A stretch of DNA of 64,000 nucleotides, from assembly GCA_030145625.1 (NCBI GenBank), contig JAQYVF010000007.1, positions 22,607 through 86,606 on the forward strand, given 5' to 3'. Below are positions 49,708-56,607 of this stretch, one piece after another. Position 1 is the stretch's first letter. Each line of letters opens with the position of its first letter. The notes beneath the pieces were generated by a model. That model saw only the letters and a list, made by a program, of their open reading frames with translations, searched no databases and had not been told where the DNA came from. The position numbers and the translations under genes were made by a program. Source of the DNA: Desulfocapsa sp. (GTDB taxonomy: Bacteria; Desulfobacterota; Desulfobulbia; Desulfobulbales; Desulfocapsaceae).

Positions 49708-51249
49708 ATGAAAAATCACAAATATACGAAGTCCATAGCGGCTACTGGGCATCCCCTGGTCAGTAAGGCAGCGGCATCTGTTCTGCATGCAGGAGGAAAT
49801 GCCTTTGATGCTGTTGTGGCTGCAGGTTTTGCTTCAAGTGCAGTGGAACCAGCCCTCAATAGTCTAGGTGGAGGCGGGTTCCTGCTTGGTCATTCAGCTG
49901 GAAAGGGGCAGAATCTGTTTTTCGATTTTTTTGTAGATACGCCGGGACTTGGAACAAATCGTTCGGTTGTGGAACCGCATTTTTTTCCTGTAACCGTACA
50001 GTTCTCCGGGTCACAACAGGATTTTAATGTGGGCTTAGGTTCCGTGGCCGTACCTGGAACTCTGAAAGGCTTGCTGCATATTCATCGCCAACTTGGATTC
50101 ATGGATCTTGCGGAAGTGGTTGCTCCTGCCATTAAACTAGCCAGGGAACACAGGCTGAATAGTAAACAGGCCTATTTTCTGAAACTTCTTTATCCTATCA
50201 TGACCCTCTTTCCTGAAGGACGATTAATTTATGAACCGGATGGAGATTACCTGCAGGAAGATGATCTGTTGCACAATCGGCTTTTGGCAGCTTTTCTTGA
50301 AGAAATAGTTGTAGATAAGGGAGAAAGTTTTTACCGCGGTGAGATAGCAGCGCGGATTGGAGAGGATATGGCGGAGAACTATGGGATTCTCACCCGAAAT
50401 GACCTTGGCGCCTATGAGGTCAGAGAGCGCACTCCCCTGGCCGTTTCTTTTCGTGACTATCAGCTACTCACTTCTCCGCAGCCATCCATGGGAGGTTCGT
50501 TGGTGGGTCTTTCTTTGTCTCTGCTTTCCCGCGAAAATTCTCCTGATTTCGATTTTGGTTCAGCAGAGTATCTTCTCCATACCACGGGATTGATGCAGGA
50601 GGTGGAACGGATACGAAAATCAGGTTTCATGACTCCAGCGGATCTGGAGTCTTTTTTACAAAACAATGTAATCGGGACTCAAGCAGTGGAGAATATAAGA
50701 CTCTTTTCCAGGGGGACTACTCACATTTCCGTAGCTGATAAGGATGGAAATTGTGCTGCGATGACATGTTCCAACGGAGAAGGTTCCGGTTACTTTGCGC
50801 CTAATAGTGGTGTGATGTTGAATAATATGATGGGTGAGGATGACCTGCATCCAAATGGCTTTCATTCCAGTCCCCCAGGTCAGCGCGTTGGTTCGATGAT
50901 GTCACCTTCTCTGCTGGTCAAGGATGGTGATGTCTGCCTGGTCATTGGCAGCGGTGGGTCTAAAAGAATTAGAATTGCTGTGAGCCAGGTTCTGACCCAA
51001 GTTGTGGATTTTGGAAGATCGATTCAGGAGGCTGTTAGCGCTCCTCGCCTGTATTGGGATGGTGAAAAGGTTCAACTGGAACCCGGCTTTTCTTCGGAGG
51101 CGGTTAATCACTTGCGGCAAAAGGTAGATGTCAATGAATGGGAAGCTCGTGGAGTCTATTTCGGTGGGGTACATGCTGTAATACCCGGAGTGGGAGGCGC
51201 CGGAGATCCTCGCCGGGGAGGTGCTGTGGAAGTGGTGAGCGCTCTTTGA
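49708..51249 (+). CDS. ggt: Gamma-glutamyltransferase
   Basis: Autoprocessing and nucleophile region SRGTTHISVADKDGN, plus a C-terminal GGA...DPRRGG block. Confidence 0.88.
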   Translation: MKNHKYTKSIAATGHPLVSKAAASVLHAGGNAFDAVVAAGFASSAVEPALNSLGGGGFLLGHSAGKGQNLFFDFFVDTPGLGTNRSVVEPHFFPVTVQFSGSQQDFNVGLGSVAVPGTLKGLLHIHRQLGFMDLAEVVAPAIKLAREHRLNSKQAYFLKLLYPIMTLFPEGRLIYEPDGDYLQEDDLLHNRLLAAFLEEIVVDKGESFYRGEIAARIGEDMAENYGILTRNDLGAYEVRERTPLAVSFRDYQLLTSPQPSMGGSLVGLSLSLLSRENSPDFDFGSAEYLLHTTGLMQEVERIRKSGFMTPADLESFLQNNVIGTQAVENIRLFSRGTTHISVADKDGNCAAMTCSNGEGSGYFAPNSGVMLNNMMGEDDLHPNGFHSSPPGQRVGSMMSPSLLVKDGDVCLVIGSGGSKRIRIAVSQVLTQVVDFGRSIQEAVSAPRLYWDGEKVQLEPGFSSEAVNHLRQKVDVNEWEARGVYFGGVHAVIPGVGGAGDPRRGGAVEVVSAL

Positions 51250-51303
51250 TCCGTAGCTTGTCACCTAAGTAGTTGTTAATGGGAGCTATTCCCTTGGCTT
51301 GGG

Positions 51304-51320
51304 TGGGTAGAAAATACCCA
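51304..51320. promoter_or_regulatory. Palindrome TGGGTA-GAAAA-TACCCA (candidate enhancer/UAS for the sigma54 activator)
   Basis: Perfect 6-bp arms, about 120-135 nt upstream of the sigma54-type promoter at 51439. The same GGGTA-N5-TACCC architecture occurs at 52638-52652. An extra GGGTA half-site lies at 51336-51340. Confidence 0.4.
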
Positions 51321-51438
51321 TGCCTTTCTCTGGGCGGGTAAAAAAGAAACACTTTTAGTGGGGAATTGTTCTCGTCTGTGTGAGTGACATGCTCTTAACA
51401 TGCAGTAATTCAACGAAATGTTGTGTTCGCTCGTTTTG

Positions 51439-51454
51439 TGGCACGCTTGTTGTA
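51439..51454 (+). promoter_or_regulatory. Sigma54-type promoter P1 (TGGCAC-N5-TTGT)
   Basis: TGGCACGCTTGTTGTA has correct GG-to-minus-12 spacing, but the -12 element reads GT instead of GC. It is 15/17 identical to P2. Confidence 0.45.
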
Positions 51455-51464
51455 AGATAAAGAC

Positions 51465-51541
51465 AAAGGAAAATGTAACTTCATTTTTTCTTCCCCTCCC
51501 AAGGCCCCTCTGAACTTGTTCAGAGGGGCCTTCCCTTTTTG
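51465..51541 (+). ncRNA. Candidate sigma54-dependent small RNA (promoter plus terminator unit without an ORF)
   Basis: It lies between P1 and a strong terminator. The only ATG is followed directly by TAA. It contains TTCTTCCCCTCCC (51488-51500), an anti-Shine-Dalgarno-like stretch. The 5' end is predicted only. Confidence 0.4.
51501..51541 (+). terminator. Rho-independent terminator
   Basis: AAGGCCCCTCTGAAC-TT-GTTCAGAGGGGCCTT forms a 15-bp perfect stem and is followed by CCCTTTTTG. Confidence 0.75.
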
Positions 51542-51871
51542 TCTGTAAAAATTCTTATGCTCCATGTCGCTAGGTTACTTGAGTGAGGTAGAAAACTTGT
51601 CGGTTAGATTTATCTGGCAGGTTTCATATTCTTTAGCTTTCCATGGCATTATTCCAACGTAGGCGTGAAATTAGCCGATCTTTATATCCCTTTTCTTTAT
51701 ATCACTCCACCTTTTTACCAGTTGGTTTGGGACTTCCTTGTTTCTTCTCATTATTTTATACGACAATTTTGTCGACAGAAACCATTAAATGTCGAATTAT
51801 AGCATTTTTCAGTGTTGAGGGTGTGTAGGAAAACCCACTGAAAACACTTTGCATATCGATTTTTATGAGCC

Positions 51872-51887
51872 TGGCATGCTTCTTGTA
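51872..51887 (+). promoter_or_regulatory. Sigma54-type promoter P2 upstream of 52027..52401
   Basis: TGGCATGCTTCTTGTA. A degenerate palindrome GGGTGTGTAGGAAAACCCA lies at 51818-51837. Confidence 0.45.
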
Positions 51888-52026
51888 ATACCTTTGGTCA
51901 TAATAACTGTCTGACAGCAAGCAACCTCTCAATGTGAGATGACAAAAGAATGACTATAGAATCCGACACAGGAAAAACAAACTATCTTCCCACAAGGGAA
52001 GTTTTATTTAACAGGAGGCATTTTTT

Positions 52027-52401
52027 ATGAAACGTTCAATCAAGATTGTGAAAACACTTGTTATGGCAGGAGTTCTCAGCATGTTGTCTTTTCCGGTTAT
52101 GGCAGGAAATGGCAATGGTCCTTGTGATGGTAGCGCAGACGGCATTGGCAATGGTTCAGGTATGGGAGACTGCTTTAATGCTGTCTTTACCATGGATGCT
52201 GATCTTCTTGCGCGAGGTGGCAATGGTGGTGGCGGGGGTGGCGGTGGTAATGGTGGCGGTGGTAATGGCGGTGGCGGTAATCGAGGTGGCGGAGGTAATG
52301 GTGCTGATGGCAGTGATGGTGGTTATGGTGATGGAACTGGTGACAGACCGCAAGATGGCACTGGGGTCGGACCTGGGACAGGCGACTGCATTAACACTTA
52401 A
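52027..52401 (+). CDS. Secreted Gly/Asn/Asp-rich low-complexity protein with three Cys (GPCDG, GMGDC, GTGDC)
   Basis: Sec signal MKRSIKIVKTLVMAGVLSMLSFPVMA. AGGAGG lies 9 nt upstream. The mature part is dominated by GGN repeats (GGNGGGGGGGGNGGGGNGGGGNRGGGGNG). Confidence 0.6.
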   Translation: MKRSIKIVKTLVMAGVLSMLSFPVMAGNGNGPCDGSADGIGNGSGMGDCFNAVFTMDADLLARGGNGGGGGGGGNGGGGNGGGGNRGGGGNGADGSDGGYGDGTGDRPQDGTGVGPGTGDCINT

Positions 52402-52637
52402 TGGCTGGCCAATCCTGGATTACAGGATATTGCACGAAGAAGGGATTTTCTCTTCTTCGTGCAATATGCCAATTCTTCTGGTGAACAAAAGAATTTCTGA
52501 ATACCATTCAGACGTAGCAAAACAAGAAATAATAAGGGTGACACGTGATATCTCACAAGTATTCCATTGCCGCAAAGCCATTCCCGTGTAGGCTGGAATC
52601 CAGAGTATTTGGAAAGATCTCTCTTGATTCCCTTCAA

Positions 52638-52652
52638 GGGTAATTTTTACCC
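52638..52652. promoter_or_regulatory. Palindrome GGGTA-ATTTT-TACCC (candidate UAS)
   Basis: Perfect 5-bp arms with a 5-nt spacer, about 117-130 nt upstream of sigma54 promoter P3. Confidence 0.4.
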
Positions 52653-52768
52653 GAATTCTGGTTGGTTGTAGAAAAAAGATACACTTGTGTGGATTATGCA
52701 TATAGCAGCTGCTTGATTTAGAATTATAAAATTTCATTATATGCATCTGTTGCATATTCTATGTTTTG

Positions 52769-52784
52769 TGGCATGCTCTTTGCT
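52769..52784 (+). promoter_or_regulatory. Sigma54 promoter P3 (TGGCAT-N5-TTGC) upstream of the ZraP-like gene
   Basis: TGGCATGCTCTTTGCT has consensus GG/GC spacing. It lies about 65 nt upstream of the ATG at 52848. Confidence 0.7.
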
Positions 52785-52847
52785 AGATTTTAATGTAAGA
52801 GACTGATAGAAGCGATTTATTTCCAAAAAACAACAAGGAGACTTGTG

Positions 52848-53303
52848 ATGAGAAAAGTATTTGCAGGAGTGGCTTTGGTCTTAATTATAGGATTCACCGG
52901 ATTTTATCAAGCATCTGCCAATTGGGGGCAGGGGAGGATGATGGGTGGGTGTTCAACAGATTGTCCTCAGAATAGAGGCTTGAGTAGTGCTCCTATGGAT
53001 GCCGAAACCACTGCGAAGTTTGAAAAGTTTTTCGACGAAACTCTTGATCTACGTAAACAGATTGTTGTTAAGCGTGCAGAAAAACAAGCATTGATGCGTG
53101 CGGAAGAACCGGATTCTGCTACTGTCGGAAAGGTAACCGGGGAATTGTTTGATCTCCGCAATATTATGCGATCAAAGGCTAAGGCAGCAGGGCTGCAGGG
53201 CGTTGGTGGAATGGGTTGTCGCAGTGGTAATTGTGATGGATCTGGTTCTTCCAATTGCGGCAGAGGCATGAGGGGTGGACAAGGTATGATGAAAATGCAG
53301 TAA
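52848..53303 (+). CDS. Periplasmic Spy/CpxP/ZraP-family protein (heavy-metal / envelope-stress chaperone-like) with Gly/Cys/Met-rich tail
   Basis: Signal peptide, then a helical core KRAEKQALMRAEEPDSATVGKVTGELFDLRN that parallels ZraP, and a tail GGMGCRSGNCDGSGSSNCGRGMRGGQGMMKMQ. AAGGAG lies 7 nt upstream of the ATG. Confidence 0.7.
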   Translation: MRKVFAGVALVLIIGFTGFYQASANWGQGRMMGGCSTDCPQNRGLSSAPMDAETTAKFEKFFDETLDLRKQIVVKRAEKQALMRAEEPDSATVGKVTGELFDLRNIMRSKAKAAGLQGVGGMGCRSGNCDGSGSSNCGRGMRGGQGMMKMQ

Positions 53304-53343
53304 TTTTTTTTCTTTTTTCAAGGTGGCCTTCACTTCCTTTTGA

Positions 53344-53375
53344 AACCCGACAGGCTTTTCCTGGCGGGTTTTTTT
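53344..53375 (+). terminator. Rho-independent terminator after the ZraP-like gene
   Basis: AACCCGACAGG-CTTTTC-CCTGGCGGGTT followed by TTTTT. Confidence 0.7.
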
Positions 53376-53656
53376 GTAGCTGGTTCTCTGCTCGATCTTT
53401 TTGTTGACCTGAGATCTGATAGCCGGTGTTGATTGTAAAGGGTAACTGTCTGACATTATGGTGAGATAAATTTTAGGTGACAAGTGTGGAATTATGAGTG
53501 GCAAGTGGTTTTGCTGGTAAAAATGACCATCTTTTTGATAGGATAAGCAGAGTTGAATTTAGTCCTCATGCTTGAGGGTATCTTGCAAGAAGTATGATCA
53601 AGCCGGTGACAATCTAGCAGACTGAAAATTTTAACCTGAGGTTAGGGTAAGTTACT

Positions 53657-54496
53657 ATGAGTATACGTAAAATCACATCATTGACAATGTTGATAACCTT
53701 TGTTTTAGAGGTGATTACTTCTGTTGTCCTTTATATTGTTCCACATGGCCGGGTGGCTTACTGGGCTGATTGGCATCTGTTTGGTTTGAGTAAAACCGAG
53801 TGGGCCAATCAACATATCAATCTTGGCGTACTTTTTTTCCTCGCTGCTTTTGTTCACGTTTTCTTCAATTGGAGACCGATAGTTGCATATCTAAAAAACA
53901 GGGCCAAAGAGGTGAGAATTGTCACTGTATCCTTTAATGTTGCCTTGTTGTTCTCACTGGTGGTAGCTGTTGGAACCTATTTTGAGGTACCACCCATGAG
54001 TACTGTTATTCATTTCAGTAACTCGATCAAGGATAATGCTTCAAAGGTATACGGGGAACCCCCTTATGGTCATGCAGAACTTTCTTCTCTGAAGCTTTTC
54101 ACAAAGAAACTGGGTCTTGATCTTGAACAAAGTATTACGCTTCTTGAGCATGCAGGGATTGTTGTGGAGGACAGCTCCATGACTTTGAAAGATATTTCTT
54201 CTGCCAATAATCTGCCTCCACAAAAGATTTATTCTTTAATTGAGGCTGCAAAAGTGGAAGAGACATTAGGGGGGGGAGTGGTTTTTCCCGACTCGCCCAT
54301 GCCGGGTTTTGGTAATAAGACTATGGCGGAGATCTGTGCCGAATTTAATCTTCATTTTCCTATGATCAAACAGGGATTTGCTGAAAAAGGTGTTCAGATA
54401 AAAGCTGAGCAGACTATTAAGGAAATAGCTGCTGCACACGATACTGAAGGTATAGCAATTTTTAATCTTTTGCATGGAATTGTTACAGGGGATTAG
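53657..54496 (+). CDS. DUF4405-like membrane protein with soluble C-terminal extension
   Basis: N-terminal TM helices with conserved His (IVPHGRVAYWADWH, FVHVFFNWRP). The C-terminal half, about 130 aa, is soluble. Confidence 0.55.
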   Translation: MSIRKITSLTMLITFVLEVITSVVLYIVPHGRVAYWADWHLFGLSKTEWANQHINLGVLFFLAAFVHVFFNWRPIVAYLKNRAKEVRIVTVSFNVALLFSLVVAVGTYFEVPPMSTVIHFSNSIKDNASKVYGEPPYGHAELSSLKLFTKKLGLDLEQSITLLEHAGIVVEDSSMTLKDISSANNLPPQKIYSLIEAAKVEETLGGGVVFPDSPMPGFGNKTMAEICAEFNLHFPMIKQGFAEKGVQIKAEQTIKEIAAAHDTEGIAIFNLLHGIVTGD

Positions 54497-54505
54497 ATTG
54501 TTTTC

Positions 54506-55042
54506 ATGATGAATATACAGAAAATTTCTTTTATTTTGATACTGCTGCTCGGTGTATTTCCAGCCAGAGGTTATGCTGAATTTCTCTATGGGCAAGTGGT
54601 TGAGGTCAATAGAGATGCGCAAGAGTTTGTACTCGTCTCTCTTTCGCCAGATAAAGAAGATACAGATTTGTCAGGAAATACTGCTCGAATCAGGGTGAAG
54701 GCTATGGGTGCAATGTTGCCCCAATCCGAGGAAGGAGATTCTTTTTTACCCGGATGTGTACAGGTAGGCAAAAGAGTGAGGGTTTGGGGGGAAACACCTG
54801 CTTCAGGAGCATCTTTTCTGGCAACAGATGTTCGTGGTTGTGGAGGGATGGGGTGTAGTGATCCCACAGGCGTCCGATCTCGACTCCAAAAAGACAAAAA
54901 ACGTAACTATTGGAATCAAGGCACAGACAGCAGTGATGTTGATGGAGGTGGCAGTACGGGTAGAGGGAATGGGCGTGGCAACGGAGGTGGCGGTGGCGGT
55001 AGCGGTAACGGTGGTGGTGGTGGTGGAGGGCGTGGCCGATGA
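54506..55042 (+). CDS. Secreted protein with CGGMGC motif and Gly/Asn/Arg-rich C-terminal tail
   Basis: Signal MMNIQKISFILILLLGVFPARGYA and tail GRGNGRGNGGGGGGSGNGGGGGGGRGR. The stop overlaps the kinase start (ATGA). Confidence 0.6.
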   Translation: MMNIQKISFILILLLGVFPARGYAEFLYGQVVEVNRDAQEFVLVSLSPDKEDTDLSGNTARIRVKAMGAMLPQSEEGDSFLPGCVQVGKRVRVWGETPASGASFLATDVRGCGGMGCSDPTGVRSRLQKDKKRNYWNQGTDSSDVDGGGSTGRGNGRGNGGGGGGSGNGGGGGGGRGR

Positions 55043-56595
55043 GCTCACTCCCAAGCTGGAAGAGTAATTTAATCGTTTTTATTTTATTAACATTGCTGGT
55101 TGTTTCATATTTTTTTTATGAGCAACAGAGTATCACAAAAAGTTATCAGCACCATTCTCGTGTACATTCTGAGATCCTTGCAGCTGTTGTGGAACTCAAT
55201 ATTCGCAATGCCTATCTGACTCGTGATACCATAGAAACACTTTTAACGGGTAGTTTGGCAAACAGTGGTCGTTTTGTTGCCTACCTTAATGATATCGATC
55301 CGTTTTCAGCAGGCGAACTCGCCGCCTTTGCAAGAGAAGCTGGACTTGCCGGCATAGGTATTCATGATTTGAAAAACGATCTGCTGGTGAGTGGACCGCA
55401 GGGTTGGCTTCCGGCAGCAGGACAGATTGGTCATTCGGCCAATGAAGGACTCAAGTATCTGCCGGAGCAAGAGCTCTATCTTTACACTCTGTGCACTTCT
55501 TCATCCTGCATACTTGTGGGGCTGGATACAGGTGAAATTGAAAAGATGCTAGATGATGTCAGTGTTGAACGACTTCTCGGCCTGTTAAGTAATCTGGCTG
55601 GAATTGCCTATGTAAATATTGTAACGGCAGAAGGCTCTCACCCATCTGTTGCAGAATATTCCAGTTTCTCTTCTAGCTCATCTGGAGGTGTGGTTGTAGA
55701 GACCATCCTCAATTTCCAAGAGAAGGATATTGTAGTTGGCCTGTATGCAGATCTTTTTTTTGAACGAATGACACAGCTTCGGAGAAGATTTGGTGTCTTT
55801 TTTTCTCTACTTTTTCTTGCTGGCATTCTCTCTTCCTGGTGGCTTTATCGTGTACAGCGGCAGCGGCTTGAAGATGCAAGAGATTTTGAAAGAAGGATGG
55901 CGCGTCAGCATGAGGCTGCAGCCTTAGGAAGAACCACGGTTACAATAACCCATGAAATGCGGAACCCTCTTAATGCCATAGGAATAGGGCTGCAACGTCT
56001 TGAACTTGAGGCCGCTGAACTCAGTTCAGAACACCGGGGCCTGGTGACAGGGATGAGAGAAGCGGTCAGTCGTACTAATGGAATTATTTCCCGTTTGCGT
56101 CAATATGTGCATTCCTTTGAGTTGGCTTATCAGGAAATTTGTCTGGTAGACCTCCTTGGCTCCCTGGTTAATCTCTACGCTCAGCAGTGTAAGACACAGG
56201 GGATTGAGGTGCAGATTAGAGGAGAAAAAAATTGTGTTGTTCAGGGAGATAAAAATTTATTGGGAGAGGTTTTTGAAAATCTCGTAAAAAATGGAATAGA
56301 GGCCCAGCCTGATGGCGGCTATTTGGACATTGATGTAACAATGAAGGAGCAGGAGTGTGTTGTTTTGCTGCGAAACGGTGGTCAGCTTCCCGATACAAAG
56401 AAACAGGTATTACTTCTGGAACCTTTTTTCACCACCAAGGCCAAGGGAACCGGTCTCGGCCTTGCTATCAGTAAGAAGATTGTGGACGCCCATGGCGGAA
56501 GATTAGAGTTACAGGTAGATAGAGATGAGCAGGTTTTTCGAGTGGTGGTTACGTTGTTGAGGCGACCAAGTCACATGAAGTCTTTGAAAACTTGA
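55039..56595 (+). CDS. Sensor histidine kinase (two TM segments with a periplasmic sensing region, ZraS-like architecture)
   Basis: H-box ITHEMRNPLNAI, N-box FENLVKNGIEA and G-box GTGLGLAISKKIV. Confidence 0.85.
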   Translation: MSSLPSWKSNLIVFILLTLLVVSYFFYEQQSITKSYQHHSRVHSEILAAVVELNIRNAYLTRDTIETLLTGSLANSGRFVAYLNDIDPFSAGELAAFAREAGLAGIGIHDLKNDLLVSGPQGWLPAAGQIGHSANEGLKYLPEQELYLYTLCTSSSCILVGLDTGEIEKMLDDVSVERLLGLLSNLAGIAYVNIVTAEGSHPSVAEYSSFSSSSSGGVVVETILNFQEKDIVVGLYADLFFERMTQLRRRFGVFFSLLFLAGILSSWWLYRVQRQRLEDARDFERRMARQHEAAALGRTTVTITHEMRNPLNAIGIGLQRLELEAAELSSEHRGLVTGMREAVSRTNGIISRLRQYVHSFELAYQEICLVDLLGSLVNLYAQQCKTQGIEVQIRGEKNCVVQGDKNLLGEVFENLVKNGIEAQPDGGYLDIDVTMKEQECVVLLRNGGQLPDTKKQVLLLEPFFTTKAKGTGLGLAISKKIVDAHGGRLELQVDRDEQVFRVVVTLLRRPSHMKSLKT

Positions 56596-56607
56596 AGGAC
56601 TAGGAGC

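Noticed and set aside
51643-51828. 61-aa ORF between the sRNA terminator and sigma54 promoter P2. The same region also holds the perfect palindrome CGACAATTTTGTCG (51761-51774) and the inverted repeat TTTTCAGTG-N21-CACTGAAAA (51807-51845).
   Set aside because: The ORF has no RBS and an implausible composition. The palindromes are real, but I could not tie them to a repeated motif elsewhere. There is only a loose resemblance to the CGACAATC hairpin arms at 58474-58500, so they are noted but not interpreted.
52058-52591. Alternative-frame and antisense ORFs over the GGN-repeat DNA: 52058..52591, 52156..52353, 54803..55054 and 54828..55067. They encode V/A/M-rich or T/A/I-rich polypeptides.
   Set aside because: They are by-products of the GGTGGCGGT-type low-complexity repeats. 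The frames with a signal peptide, an RBS and the shared GMG(D)C motif (52027..52401 and 54506..55042) are the coherent ones.
53499-53514. Sigma54-like sequence TGGCAAGTGGTTTTGC upstream of the DUF4405 / kinase / regulator operon.
   Set aside because: The GG-to-GC spacing is one nucleotide longer than the strict sigma54 spacing (13 versus 12 by my count), and no GGGTA-N5-TACCC palindrome lies upstream. I did not call it a promoter. The operon promoter remains unidentified.
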